Shown here: positions 47,662 to 57,919 of the stretch, piece by piece
Position numbering within the stretch: position 1 is the stretch's first letter
Layout: each line of letters begins with the position of its first letter
Assembly (NCBI GenBank): GCA_022449545.1
Contig: JAKUPN010000006.1
Span: 13-64,012, forward strand
Origin: Alphaproteobacteria bacterium
GTDB lineage: Bacteria; Pseudomonadota; Alphaproteobacteria; UBA6615
Length of the DNA stretch: 64,000 nucleotides
Direction of reading: 5' to 3'
Made by a program: the position numbers and the translations under genes
The notes under the pieces: generated by a model
What the model saw: only the letters and a program-made list of their open reading frames with translations
What the model was told of the DNA's origin: nothing
The model's database searches: none

Positions 47662-48015
47662 ATGGCCACATTAGGGACATTACTTAAAACTTGGTTGAAA
47701 GGTATTAAGGTCGGCGAAGACTCGTTTGGAAATAAATACTATAGATCCAAGAATGCTGATAATTATGGTCGTGCTAAAAGATGGGTTGTTTATAATGGAC
47801 AACCTGAGGCGAGCAAAGTTCCTCCTGAATGGCATGCTTGGTTGCATTATATGGTTGAAGATCCTTTGCTGGATAATAATCGGTATGATTGGCAAAAGGA
47901 TCACTTACCAAATTTGACGGGCACGGTAGCGTCATATGCGCCTGATGGAAGTGTGCATAGCGGAGGAACACGACCAGCTAGTTTAGGTGATTATGAACCC
48001 TGGACCCCAAACTAA
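47662..48015 (+). CDS. NADH:ubiquinone oxidoreductase subunit NDUFA12-like protein
   Basis: 117 aa. GNKYYRS...WVVYNG...PEWHAWLHY...YDWQKDH...PN matches the NDUFA12 family found in alphaproteobacteria. Confidence 0.8.
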   Translation: MATLGTLLKTWLKGIKVGEDSFGNKYYRSKNADNYGRAKRWVVYNGQPEASKVPPEWHAWLHYMVEDPLLDNNRYDWQKDHLPNLTGTVASYAPDGSVHSGGTRPASLGDYEPWTPN

Positions 48016-48042
48016 ATATTTTCTTTTAAGACGTGCTGATGG

Positions 48043-48534
48043 TTGCTTATGGGCTTAATGAAATCTGAATACTATGAGATTGCCGTTGGCATAGGGTTCT
48101 CAGTTATTTTAATCATTCTTGTTTCTTTTGTATTTATGACAAAAGAAGATAAAAATAACACCATTATGGTAGTTGCAAAATTTAATAACGTTGATGGGTT
48201 AAAAGTCGGCGATCACGTTAGGGCAGCTGGTATATCAGTAGGAAAAATCGCGAAAATATCTATAGGTGAAGATTTTAAAGTAATCACCGTTTTAAGGATA
48301 ATTGACACATTATCATTGGATGAAGATACAACTGCCTCAATCGTAACTGACGGGCTTTTTGGAGAAAAGTCTATACAATTGAGTATTGGAGGCAGTGATA
48401 AAATAATAAATAATGGTGGTGAAATAAACTTTACAGAGGATTCTCTGATTTTGGATGACCTCCTTGAGTTAATTGTAAATCAGAAGGATCAATATTCTAA
48501 AGAAACTAACCAGCTTTTGAGGGGAGTAAAGTGA
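48043..48534 (+). CDS. MlaD-like MCE-domain protein (paralog 1)
   Basis: 163 aa, N-terminal TM plus MCE domain (FNNVDGLKVGDHVRAAGISVGKI..., TDGLFGEKSIQLS). Its stop overlaps the next start (GTGA). Confidence 0.7.
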   Translation: MLMGLMKSEYYEIAVGIGFSVILIILVSFVFMTKEDKNNTIMVVAKFNNVDGLKVGDHVRAAGISVGKIAKISIGEDFKVITVLRIIDTLSLDEDTTASIVTDGLFGEKSIQLSIGGSDKIINNGGEINFTEDSLILDDLLELIVNQKDQYSKETNQLLRGVK

Positions 48535-48980
48535 ACCGTTCAACATTAGAAACTTTTCTCGGGGTATTTGTTATATTAGTAACTCTTGGATTTTTAATAT
48601 TTATTCTACAACTATCTGATTTTACTTCCAAAGATAGAACTGTTTATGAGGCGCGATTTTTAAAAGTTGGCGGTTTGGAAAAAGGAAATGAGGTTAGAAT
48701 AGGCGGGGTAAAGGTCGGAACAATCATTGTTAGAGATCTTGATGCCGCAAATTTTGAAGCTATTATTAAATTCAATGTGGACTCGAGTATAAAATTACCT
48801 ATTGATACAAAGGCTATGGTAATAGGACAAGGGTTTTTGGGTGAGAAGTATTTACGACTTACACCAGGGAAATCGAAAGACCACATAAAGCCTGAGCGCC
48901 AAGTTATGAACACTGTTGACTATAAATCATTAGAGGACACTGTTTCTAAAATTATATTTATGGCAACGGAAGAAAAGTGA
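48531..48980 (+). CDS. MlaD-like MCE-domain protein (paralog 2; closer to canonical MlaD)
   Basis: 149 aa, TM plus MCE domain (YEARFLKVGGLEKGNEVRIGGVKVGTI..., GQGFLGEKYLRLTPG) resembling E. coli MlaD. Confidence 0.75.
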   Translation: MNRSTLETFLGVFVILVTLGFLIFILQLSDFTSKDRTVYEARFLKVGGLEKGNEVRIGGVKVGTIIVRDLDAANFEAIIKFNVDSSIKLPIDTKAMVIGQGFLGEKYLRLTPGKSKDHIKPERQVMNTVDYKSLEDTVSKIIFMATEEK

Positions 48981-48989
48981 GATTATTTT

Positions 48990-49448
48990 ATGTCTGTTAG
49001 ACGATGTTTAACGACTAAGATCTTGGTTTTTTTGGTATGCATTCTTTTAATTGTTGTTATTCCCTCAAGTAAAGGAGCCAATTCTCAGACAAATCTTCTA
49101 AATAGCTTTCCTTTTCTAGAAAATAATAAAATAGCGGTTTTGCAGGGACTTGATAAGGTTACGGCTAGAATATCGACATTATACGTATCAATAGATGAAA
49201 ATGTTCTCTTTGGTACTTTGTCAATTAATGTTCGAGCATGTTTTAAAACACCGCCTACTGAACCTCCAGAAAGTATCGCGTTTATAGAGATACATAAAAT
49301 TATTGACGGCAGACAAGTGGCTAATTTATTCACTGGTTGGATGTTTGCTTCTAGTCCGGCATTGTCTGCTTTAGAACATGCAGTTTATGACGTTTGGGTA
49401 GTTGATTGCACAAATAGTTCAAATTCTTCTAATACCAAATTTGAATGA
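48990..49448 (+). CDS. secreted hypothetical protein (DUF2155-like)
   Basis: 152 aa with a signal peptide. Its position after the NDUFA12-like and MlaD genes matches a conserved alphaproteobacterial neighbourhood. The family name is from memory. Confidence 0.5.
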   Translation: MSVRRCLTTKILVFLVCILLIVVIPSSKGANSQTNLLNSFPFLENNKIAVLQGLDKVTARISTLYVSIDENVLFGTLSINVRACFKTPPTEPPESIAFIEIHKIIDGRQVANLFTGWMFASSPALSALEHAVYDVWVVDCTNSSNSSNTKFE

Positions 49449-50035
49449 AAGATAGCTTTTGTTGATATGGCTTTAGACAGTAAAGATTTGTAACTATCTC
49501 TAGTTACTTCATAACATCCAAATTGGACTAAGTGATCAGTTAAGAATTGAGTATCAAGTAGCTTGAAGTTACCTTTATTAAGTCTCGCAACTAGGTGACA
49601 AAGGGCTACTTTACTTGCGTCTCTTTCCCTAGAAAACATGCTTTCGCCAAAAAATGCTCCTCCTATAGCTAAACCATATAAACCGCCGACCAGTTTACTA
49701 TTAAACCAGACTTCTACTGAGTGAGCGTATCCTAGTTCAAATAAGGATTTATAAAGTGTCTCTATTTTATTATTAATCCAAGTTTTAGGGCGATTTTTTG
49801 ATCGTTCATAACAACCTTTGATAACTCCATTAAAGTCTGAGTCAGCACTAACTTGATAACGACAATTTTTTAGAGTGCGTTTTAACCGTCTGGGTATGTG
49901 CATATTATTGATCGGAAGAATACCTCTAATTTCCGGTTCCACCCAGAAAAAATCAGGATCATTACGATTTTCTGCCATAGGAAAGATACCTTGGGCGTAT
50001 GCACTTAATAAAATATCAGCTGTTATTTCATGCAT
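49385..50035 (-). CDS. aat: leucyl/phenylalanyl-tRNA--protein transferase
   Basis: 216 aa. YAQGIFPM...FFWVEPEIRGILP...HSVEVWFNSKLVGGLYGLAIGGAFFGESMF is canonical Aat. Its 3' end overlaps the convergent upstream ORF by 64 nt. Confidence 0.9.
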   Translation of the reverse strand: MHEITADILLSAYAQGIFPMAENRNDPDFFWVEPEIRGILPINNMHIPRRLKRTLKNCRYQVSADSDFNGVIKGCYERSKNRPKTWINNKIETLYKSLFELGYAHSVEVWFNSKLVGGLYGLAIGGAFFGESMFSRERDASKVALCHLVARLNKGNFKLLDTQFLTDHLVQFGCYEVTRDSYKSLLSKAISTKAIFHSNLVLEEFELFVQSTTQTS

Positions 50036-50043
50036 AGCTTAAT

Positions 50044-51384
50044 TTAGTTTTCAGACATAAACTTTTCTAACCAGTGAATATTGTAATCACCAGAAATAAA
50101 ATCATCATTATCTATAACTCGTTTATGCAAAGGTATCGTTGTTTCTACACCCGAGATTACCATTTCGTCTAGGCAGCGTTTTAACCTTCTAATACAGCTA
50201 GTTCTGTCGTCCGAGTGAACAATTAGTTTAGCTATTAAACTATCGTAGTTAGGAGGAATTTTATATCCATTGTAGAGAGCCGAATCTACTCTTACTCCTA
50301 GGCCTCCTGGAGCGTGTAGCTCAGTTATTTGTCCAGGAGATGGAATAAAAGTATCAGGATTTTCAGCATTTATACGACATTCAATAGAATGACCCGAATA
50401 TTTTATATCTTTTTGAGAGAATGACAATTCTTTGTCTGCGGCTACATTAATCATTTCTTTTATTATGTCCACGCCGCATATCATTTCGGTGATCCCGTGT
50501 TCGACCTGTACTCGTGTATTCATTTCTATAAAATAAAATTCTCCATTTTCGTATAAAAATTCAAAAGTACCAGCACTAATATAATTAAAACTTTTGGCCG
50601 CTTCACAGCAAACCTCTACTAGCTTTTGTCTCGTAACTTTGTCTAAAGTGGGAGAAGGGGCCTCTTCAATTATTTTCTGATGATTGCGTTGAAGAGAGCA
50701 GTCACGTTCGTATAAGCTCACTACATTTCCAAATTTATCAGCTAGAATCTGTACTTCTATGTGTCTTGGTTTAGAAAGATATTTCTCTATATAAACCGAG
50801 GATTCCCCAAAATTTACTTTTGCTTCATTTTGTGCGGTTTTTAAACTATTTTCCATATTATCTTTGTGGGTAACTACTCTCATCCCTTTGCCACCTCCGC
50901 CGGCTGCTGCTTTTATTAGAACCGGAAAACCAATTTTTTCAGCTATCTCTATCGCGGACGAGACATTCTCAATTCTGCCATCCGTTCCTGGCACAACAGG
51001 AACATTTACTTTTTTCATCTCTGCTTTTGCTTGAACTTTATCGCCCATAATTTGAATATGTTCAGGGCTTGGTCCAATGAAGGTAAAACCATGTTCTTCA
51101 GTAATGCGGGCAAAGTTTGAGTTTTCTGAAAGAAAACCATAACCTGGATGGATAGCATTAGCGTTGGTCAATGTTGCTGCTGAAATAATGGCAGGAATAT
51201 TAAGATAGCTATCTATAGAGCTTGGGGGGCCAATACACACACTCTCATCTGCTAGTTTGACGTGCATTGCTTCCGAGTCAGCTGTAGAATGCACAGCAAC
51301 CGTGGAAATTCCCATTTCCTTACAGGCTCTGTGAATACGAAGTGCAATTTCACCTCGGTTAGCTATAAGAATTTTTTCAAACAT
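50044..51384 (-). CDS. accC: acetyl-CoA carboxylase biotin carboxylase subunit
   Basis: 446 aa. FEKILIANRGEIALRIHRACKEMGI and the ATP-grasp motifs. Immediately downstream of accB. Confidence 0.95.
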   Translation of the reverse strand: MFEKILIANRGEIALRIHRACKEMGISTVAVHSTADSEAMHVKLADESVCIGPPSSIDSYLNIPAIISAATLTNANAIHPGYGFLSENSNFARITEEHGFTFIGPSPEHIQIMGDKVQAKAEMKKVNVPVVPGTDGRIENVSSAIEIAEKIGFPVLIKAAAGGGGKGMRVVTHKDNMENSLKTAQNEAKVNFGESSVYIEKYLSKPRHIEVQILADKFGNVVSLYERDCSLQRNHQKIIEEAPSPTLDKVTRQKLVEVCCEAAKSFNYISAGTFEFLYENGEFYFIEMNTRVQVEHGITEMICGVDIIKEMINVAADKELSFSQKDIKYSGHSIECRINAENPDTFIPSPGQITELHAPGGLGVRVDSALYNGYKIPPNYDSLIAKLIVHSDDRTSCIRRLKRCLDEMVISGVETTIPLHKRVIDNDDFISGDYNIHWLEKFMSEN

Positions 51385-51401
51385 TATGGTTTAGCCTGAG
51401 T

Positions 51402-51842
51402 TTAGCTAATTAAGGCGAGTATTTCGCCATACTCGACAGGCTGTCCATCTTTAACAAGAATTTCAGATAAATTACCATCGCAGTGAGCTGATATTTCATT
51501 AAAAGTTTTCATGGCTTCAATAACGAGAATAGTTTGACCTTTTAAGACGGCATCTCCTACATTAACAAATGGCGGCTCTCCTGGTGCTGATGCCGTATAA
51601 ATAGTTCCTACCATGGGTGCAGTAACTGCGCCAATTGGGGGAGAATTGTCTACAACCCGATCGATGGTTATATTTGGTTTCTTTATATCTGTCGTCACAA
51701 TCGGTGAATTTTGATAGCTAGGTATAGTTACTCTTATTCGTATACCGGATTCTTCGTATTCAATTTCTCCAAGTCCAGTTTCAGAGAGCAATTCAGCTAA
51801 CTTGCGAACCAAATCAGAATCTACGTCAAATTTTTTGCTCAT
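51402..51842 (-). CDS. accB: acetyl-CoA carboxylase biotin carboxyl carrier protein
   Basis: 146 aa. C-terminal biotinyl domain with the EAMKTFNEI (AMK) motif. Confidence 0.9.
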   Translation of the reverse strand: MSKKFDVDSDLVRKLAELLSETGLGEIEYEESGIRIRVTIPSYQNSPIVTTDIKKPNITIDRVVDNSPPIGAVTAPMVGTIYTASAPGEPPFVNVGDAVLKGQTILVIEAMKTFNEISAHCDGNLSEILVKDGQPVEYGEILALIS

Positions 51843-51858
51843 TTTTTAGGTTTCAACA

Positions 51859-52305
51859 TTAGTTAGTAATTTTATTCGATATTGCATTAATTGACAGTAT
51901 GTAGCCATCACCTCCGAAACCACATATTAGACCCGAGGCAACAGAGCTTATATAAGAATGATGCCTAAATTCCTCTCTAGAGAAAATATTTGATAAATGC
52001 ACTTCAATTATGGGGATAGTTAAAAGTTTCAATGCATCGAGAACCGCAACGGAGGTATGGGTGTATGCTCCGGCATTGATTATAAGCCCAGCAGCCTCCT
52101 TTTTAGATTCTTGTATCCATGCAACTAACTCTCCTTCATGATTTGTTTGTTTGAATACAATCGAGAGGTTATGTTTATTTGCTTCTCTAACACAACGATC
52201 TTTAATCATATCTAGCGTTTCGTGACCATATTGATCAGGTTCGCGATCTCCTAGAAGATTTAGATTTGGACCATTAAGTATCCATAAGTTTGGATTATCA
52301 ACCAC
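51859..52305 (-). CDS. aroQ: 3-dehydroquinate dehydratase, type II
   Basis: 148 aa. ILNGPNLNLLGDREPDQYG...INAGAYTHTSVA...EVHLSNI is the type II DHQase signature. Forms an aroQ-accB-accC operon. Confidence 0.9.
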   Translation of the reverse strand: MVDNPNLWILNGPNLNLLGDREPDQYGHETLDMIKDRCVREANKHNLSIVFKQTNHEGELVAWIQESKKEAAGLIINAGAYTHTSVAVLDALKLLTIPIIEVHLSNIFSREEFRHHSYISSVASGLICGFGGDGYILSINAISNKITN

Positions 52306-52438
52306 AGTTCGAAACCTACAATGTTAATTTGTATTAGGCGTTATCATACAGGTCGATTCATCGCAACGATTTAGACAAGATTATTAATTACAAATTTTAT
52401 CTATTTTAATTCTCTATGCACGGATCAGTTTTTTCAAA

Positions 52439-53089
52439 TCATTCATTTGAGTTAAGTAATTTAGTGGTTAGTTCAAAAACGTTTTCAAACATCTGAACTG
52501 ATAGTCTTTTGGTGTTTATATTGTATCTGGAGCAATGGTAGCTATCTACTAGTTTAAACGATTGATTGCCGTTTGAAACTTTGTGTATAACAGAATGTTT
52601 GAAAGCATTATCTTTTAGGGAAAGTTTTAAACAGGCTAATAATGAGCTATGGGCTGTTACTCCCAACGCTATAATAACCTGCAGATTAGACATTGATTTT
52701 ATCTCAGAATTTAAAAAGGTTCTGCAAGATTTGATTTCTGAACCAATTGGTTTATTTTTTGGTGGAACGCACCTCACTGCATTAGTTATACGACAGTCAA
52801 TTAGTTTTAAGCTATCGTCTTTTGATTGGGCGTACGAACCATTTGCAAATCCATATTTAATCAAAGTTGAATATAATACGTCACCTGCATAGTCTCCAGT
52901 GAATGGACGACCAGTCTTGTTTGCGCCTTTTAGACCTGGCGCTAAACCCACTATTAAAAGACGAGAATCTATTCCACCAAAGCTATCTACTGGTGCATTA
53001 TGATAGTTTGTGAGCTTTTGTTGGTTTGCTTTTCGATAATCAACTAATCTTGGGCATAAATTACAATTGTATTTAGGCTTTAGTTCCAC
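52439..53089 (-). CDS. uracil-DNA glycosylase superfamily protein, Fe-S type (family 4/5; the GLAPG motif suggests UdgB-like)
   Basis: 216 aa. CNLCPRL, VGLAPGLKGANKTGRPFTGDYAG, and NAVRCVPP are motifs of thermostable-type UDGs. Leu in place of Glu in the GLAPG motif resembles family 5. Confidence 0.8.
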   Translation of the reverse strand: MELKPKYNCNLCPRLVDYRKANQQKLTNYHNAPVDSFGGIDSRLLIVGLAPGLKGANKTGRPFTGDYAGDVLYSTLIKYGFANGSYAQSKDDSLKLIDCRITNAVRCVPPKNKPIGSEIKSCRTFLNSEIKSMSNLQVIIALGVTAHSSLLACLKLSLKDNAFKHSVIHKVSNGNQSFKLVDSYHCSRYNINTKRLSVQMFENVFELTTKLLNSNE

Positions 53090-53331
53090 ATAATCTCCTT
53101 TTTGTTATATTTGATTTAAGTGATTACGAATGTACTAACCAGTTATTAATGTTTATATAAATAAATTATAGCGCACAGATTGGAATAAATTTTTTATACT
53201 ATTTATTTATTCAAATTACCCTTGATCAAATGTAACTCAATGACTTTTATGCATTGGGTTATATTGTGAGGCATTATTTAGATAACGCATTTATTAATCT
53301 TAAAACAGTAGTATTTTCAAAGAAACTTATT

Positions 53332-53838
53332 ATGAAAAATAGTAAAAGTATCTTTATCGGGCTGGGAGCAAATTTACCCAGTAAAGTTTATGGTGAACCT
53401 ATTAAAACATTGGAAGCTTCTTTAAGAGCTCTCAAAACGAGTGGTATAAAGATAGTTGGACAATCTCGTTGGTATTCTAGCCTTGCGTTTCCTGACCCCC
53501 ATCAGCCAAAATATTTGAATGGTGTAGTGTCAGTAAGGACTGATCTAACGCCTAAAAAATTACTAAATCTACTCAATAAAATTGAAGATCAATTCGGAAG
53601 AGTAAGAACTTTTAGGAATGCACCACGTGTTATAGATTTAGATCTACTTGCGTTTGGAGACACAATTCGAACAGATGAACCACCTCTTTTGCCTCATCCC
53701 CGTTTGGCAGAACGTATTTTTGTTCTTAAACCCTTAAGTGATATTGAACCAACATGGGTACATCCATTACTCGGGTTATCAACGAACGAACTTATTGAAA
53801 CCTTGCCAGAAAGTAATGATATTACTTTATACAATTAA
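53332..53838 (+). CDS. folK: 2-amino-4-hydroxy-6-hydroxymethyldihydropteridine pyrophosphokinase
   Basis: SIFIGLGANLPS...GQSRWYSS...PRVIDLDLLAFGD...PHPRL are the HPPK motifs. The open frame starts at 53254; the ATG at 53332 gives the canonical length of about 169 aa. Confidence 0.85.
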   Translation: MKNSKSIFIGLGANLPSKVYGEPIKTLEASLRALKTSGIKIVGQSRWYSSLAFPDPHQPKYLNGVVSVRTDLTPKKLLNLLNKIEDQFGRVRTFRNAPRVIDLDLLAFGDTIRTDEPPLLPHPRLAERIFVLKPLSDIEPTWVHPLLGLSTNELIETLPESNDITLYN

Positions 53839-53935
53839 AAATAATGATTAACGTTTTTTATATATTTGGTTGGCATTAAATATTTTTATGCTTATATAAT
53901 GGTTTTTACATAACATAAGTCTGGAGATAATTCAT

Positions 53936-54346
53936 ATGGCTCGGGTAACTGTAGAAGATTGTGTAGAAAAAGTATCAAGTCGATTTCAATTAGTGTTACT
54001 TGCAGCTCAAAGGTCACGGGAAATATTGGCTGGTTCACCAATAACTGTTGAGAAGGATAACGACAAAAACCCTGTTATAGCATTACGAGAGATTGCTGAT
54101 GAGACGCTCGATATTGATGAGCTAACTGATGCACTCGTAGCGAGTCAGCAGCGCCATGTCGATTTTGATATTCTTGAAGATGAGACAGAGGAGGATGAGG
54201 TTGTAGAGTTACTTGAATCCGAATCTAATGTTGAAGGGGTCAGTTTGGGTGATTCTGTTGATGAAAAAGTTAATCAAATTGAAATTCCATCAGATGCAAA
54301 GAAAATTCGTTTTGAGGACGTAGCCGGTTCTATGGATATTGATTGA
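53936..54346 (+). CDS. rpoZ: DNA-directed RNA polymerase subunit omega
   Basis: 136 aa. [30 protein letters not shown] is canonical omega, with an acidic C-terminal extension. Upstream of spoT, the conserved arrangement. Confidence 0.9.
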   Translation: MARVTVEDCVEKVSSRFQLVLLAAQRSREILAGSPITVEKDNDKNPVIALREIADETLDIDELTDALVASQQRHVDFDILEDETEEDEVVELLESESNVEGVSLGDSVDEKVNQIEIPSDAKKIRFEDVAGSMDID

Positions 54347-54466
54347 TCTATTTTAGAGATTTCGTCTGCCTTGAAAAAACGTTAAATTACTGAGCCAGGG
54401 GAATTATTTGTTTGATTAACTGAATTGTTCAAAATTAAGTTTTATTGGGACTGGATCTGAGAAGAA

Positions 54467-56644
54467 ATGGTTGGGCAATATGAGCTTGTAGATAGAGTTA
54501 AATCTTATGACCCTAAGTTTGATTCGTCGTTACTTAATTTGGCCTATGATTTTTCAGAAAAAGCGCATGGTGGACAAAGGCGTGATTCAGGAGATTCATA
54601 TTTTTCTCATCCACTAGAAGTAGCTGACATTCTCACAGATTATCGCCTCGATGGTGCATCGATTGTAACCGCGTTGCTGCATGACACGATCGAAGATACT
54701 GATACCTCTCAAGCTGAGATCAAAAAAATATTTGGTGATGAAATTTCACAGTTAGTAGATGGAGTTACAAAACTCACGCGTATTGAATTACAATCTAACA
54801 AGGCAAAGCAAGCTGAAAATTTTAGAAAATTTGTGTTAGCTAGTAGCCGTGATATTCGTGTTTTATTGATTAAATTGGCTGATCGATTGCACAATATGCG
54901 TACAATTCAGTATGTAGAATTGCCGGAAAGAAGGCATCGTATCGCTCAAGAAACTATGGATATTTACGCTCCGTTAGCAGCTCGAATTGGTATGAATGAC
55001 TTTAAGGATGAATTGGAGGACTTGGCTTTTTCTGAGCTCAATCGTGATGCAAGGGACTCTATTATCAGACGTTTGCAATTTTTAAGAGAAGAAGGCGGAA
55101 ATCTTATAGAAAGAGTGACTAAAGAGTTAAAGCAGGTTCTTCTTGATGATAATGTGACTGCTGTTGTTTCTGGTAGAGAAAAATCTCCTTATTCAATATG
55201 GAGAAAAATGTCCCGAAAACAAGTCGCTTTTGAGCAACTATCAGACATTATGGCTTTTAGAATATTAGTTAATGATTATTCAGACTGTTATCGTACACTT
55301 GGAATAATTCATGCAAATTATCGCGCAGTACCAGGTCGTTTTAGGGATTATTTGTCTACTCCAAAACCAAATGGTTATCAGTCACTCCACACTGGAGTTC
55401 TAGGGCCTGAAAAACATCGAATAGAAGTACAGATTCGTACTTCTAAAATGCATGAAATTGCTGAAAGAGGAGTTGCTGCACATTGGCGATATAGTCAACT
55501 CGGAGCTGGCCCGGTGTCAGTCTTTGGCTTATCTGACGATAGTCATTATAGATGGCTTCAGGAGTTGCTTGATATCCTAGACGATGCAGCCGGCCCAGAA
55601 GATTTTCTTGAGCATACGAAACTTGAAATGTTTTCAGATCAGGTTTTTGTTTTTTCACCAAAAGGTGAGGTTTATGCTTTGCCACAGTCCTCAACTCCAA
55701 TAGACTTTGCTTATGCAGTTCATACTGAAGTGGGGGATCATTGTGTGGGTGCAATGATTAATGGGAGAAATATGCCATTACAAACTCTATTACAGAATGG
55801 AGACCAAGTTGAAATTTTAACTTCGGAAAATCAAACTCCCTCGCCAAATTGGGAACAATTCGTAGTCACTGGCAAAGCTAGGGCTAGAATTCGGCGAGTT
55901 TTAAGATATCAGAAACAGTTAGAGTATGTTGAGCTTGGTAAAGGAATTATAGAACAAGCATTTTTAAGGCGGAGTGAAGAATTTAACGAAGGTAAATTAA
56001 TAGATGCCTTGAAAGAACTTCATGCAGAGTCTGTGCATGATCTTTATATTTTAGTTGGACAAGGGGTTCACACAGGTCGTGATGTTGTTCGTGTTTTATT
56101 TCCTGAAGAAAATATTCTGAGAAACAAACAGTCAAAAAATTCTCTGTTTTCTTTGCGTAGATCAAAACGTAAATCTCAAAAAGATGGAGAATTTTCAGTG
56201 CCTATTGATGGTTTAACACCGGGCATGGCTGTTCATTTGGCTAAGTGTTGTTATCCATTGCCTGGGGAACGAATTGTAGCAATTGCAACAACGGGTAAAG
56301 GGGTTACAGTTCATACTATAGACTGTATGACACTAGAATCCTTTTCTGATAGCCCAGAAAGATGGGTTGATGTCTCTTGGACTACTGACCCAGAGTCCAT
56401 CAAAAAACAACTCAGCCGGTTAAAAGTTACTTTAGTAAATGAACCAGGTAGTCTTGGAGAATTAGCTAATATAATTGCTCAGTCTGGAGGAAATATTTCT
56501 AACCTTCAATTTACAAATAGAAATCCTGATTTTTTCGATATGACTGTTGATATAGAGGTTGATGATAATAAACATCTAAGTAATGTTTTATCTGCTCTAA
56601 GGGCAGGTCGCTCTGTTAGCACAGTAGGTAGGTCTCGTGGCTAG
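54467..56644 (+). CDS. spoT: bifunctional (p)ppGpp synthetase/hydrolase (Rel/SpoT homolog)
   Basis: 725 aa. HD hydrolase domain (HPLEVA...HDTIEDT), synthetase domain (RxKS...GYQSLHT), and TGS and ACT domains. Confidence 0.95.
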   Translation: MVGQYELVDRVKSYDPKFDSSLLNLAYDFSEKAHGGQRRDSGDSYFSHPLEVADILTDYRLDGASIVTALLHDTIEDTDTSQAEIKKIFGDEISQLVDGVTKLTRIELQSNKAKQAENFRKFVLASSRDIRVLLIKLADRLHNMRTIQYVELPERRHRIAQETMDIYAPLAARIGMNDFKDELEDLAFSELNRDARDSIIRRLQFLREEGGNLIERVTKELKQVLLDDNVTAVVSGREKSPYSIWRKMSRKQVAFEQLSDIMAFRILVNDYSDCYRTLGIIHANYRAVPGRFRDYLSTPKPNGYQSLHTGVLGPEKHRIEVQIRTSKMHEIAERGVAAHWRYSQLGAGPVSVFGLSDDSHYRWLQELLDILDDAAGPEDFLEHTKLEMFSDQVFVFSPKGEVYALPQSSTPIDFAYAVHTEVGDHCVGAMINGRNMPLQTLLQNGDQVEILTSENQTPSPNWEQFVVTGKARARIRRVLRYQKQLEYVELGKGIIEQAFLRRSEEFNEGKLIDALKELHAESVHDLYILVGQGVHTGRDVVRVLFPEENILRNKQSKNSLFSLRRSKRKSQKDGEFSVPIDGLTPGMAVHLAKCCYPLPGERIVAIATTGKGVTVHTIDCMTLESFSDSPERWVDVSWTTDPESIKKQLSRLKVTLVNEPGSLGELANIIAQSGGNISNLQFTNRNPDFFDMTVDIEVDDNKHLSNVLSALRAGRSVSTVGRSRG

Positions 56645-56686
56645 AATGTTAGTTTGTTTTTTTTATCAGACATTGTAGAGGGATGC

Positions 56687-57436
56687 ATGATTGCAGATAA
56701 AATGCGCCTAGGTATAAACATTGACCATGTCGCAACGATAAGGAACGCAAGAGGAGGTGAACATCCTGATCCAGTGAAAGCGGCAAAGCTGGCTATTAAT
56801 GCTGGCGCTGACAGTATTGTTATTCATTTACGTGAAGATAGACGCCATATTTTAGATAATGATCTAATTCACTTAATGAAGGAGATTGATAAACCTATTA
56901 CTTTGGAAATGGCACCAACAAACGAAATGGTTAATATAGCTTGTAACAATTCTCCACAAAAAGTCTGTATTGTTCCTGAAAAAAGGGAAGAAAGAACCAC
57001 GGAAGGTGGGTTAGATGTATGCACTTCTTTTTACTCTTTGCAAAAATATATCTCGAAATTAAAAAGTAATAACATTGATGTTTCCTTGTTCATTGAGCCT
57101 GATATTAATCAGATTAATGCCGCAAAAGAATTAAATGCAACTGCTATTGAACTACACACTGGGGAGTATTGTGAGGCACTTATTAGACATAACGAATTAA
57201 AGATTCAAAATGAATTAATTAGGTTAGAGAAAGCATCTATTCATGGCTATAATCTAGGTCTAGAAATCAATGCGGGTCATGGCCTCAACTACGCATCTGT
57301 TGCTTCTATGAGTAAAATAAAAGAAATTACTGAACTTAATATTGGTCATTTTATAATTGGTGAATCATTATTTATTGGTATTGAGGAAGCTGTACGTGAA
57401 ATGCGCTCATTAATAGACGCAGCTAGACATAACTAG
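56687..57436 (+). CDS. pdxJ: pyridoxine 5'-phosphate synthase
   Basis: [19 protein letters not shown]...HLREDRRHI...GHGLNY are the PdxJ motifs. The open frame begins at 56654. Confidence 0.9.
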   Translation: MIADKMRLGINIDHVATIRNARGGEHPDPVKAAKLAINAGADSIVIHLREDRRHILDNDLIHLMKEIDKPITLEMAPTNEMVNIACNNSPQKVCIVPEKREERTTEGGLDVCTSFYSLQKYISKLKSNNIDVSLFIEPDINQINAAKELNATAIELHTGEYCEALIRHNELKIQNELIRLEKASIHGYNLGLEINAGHGLNYASVASMSKIKEITELNIGHFIIGESLFIGIEEAVREMRSLIDAARHN

Positions 57437-57450
57437 AATATGATAACTTT

Positions 57451-57849
57451 ATGATCATTGGTGTTGGTATAGACTTAATTAATATCACGCGAATAGAGCG
57501 TACTTTGAGTAGGTTTGGTGATCGTTTTACAGAACGCTGCTTCACCTCTCTAGAGCGGAAACGATCTAATTCACGCAATAATCGAGTGGACAGTTATGCC
57601 AAAAGGTACGCTGCTAAAGAAGCTTGTTCAAAGGCGTTAGGCACAGGATTCCGTCAAGGGGTTTATTGGCGTGACATAGGTGTTATAAATCTACCATCCG
57701 GAAAGCCGAGTATCGAATTATCTGGTGGCGCGGCTAGACGTCTTATAGAAATTACTCCAACTGGTTTCCAAGCAGTGATAGATTTATCGATAACGGATGA
57801 AAGGCCAATTGCTCAAGCAATTGTGATTATCACTGCAATAAGAAGTTGA
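57451..57849 (+). CDS. acpS: holo-[acyl-carrier-protein] synthase
   Basis: 132 aa. [16 protein letters not shown]...FTSLERK...[13 protein letters not shown] is the AcpS signature. Confidence 0.9.
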   Translation: MIIGVGIDLINITRIERTLSRFGDRFTERCFTSLERKRSNSRNNRVDSYAKRYAAKEACSKALGTGFRQGVYWRDIGVINLPSGKPSIELSGGAARRLIEITPTGFQAVIDLSITDERPIAQAIVIITAIRS

Positions 57850-57919
57850 TATAGATACCTTTAAGTTTGTCTACTTTGTTAATTTTTAATTATTTGTATT
57901 TTAGTAAGTGGAAAAGTAA

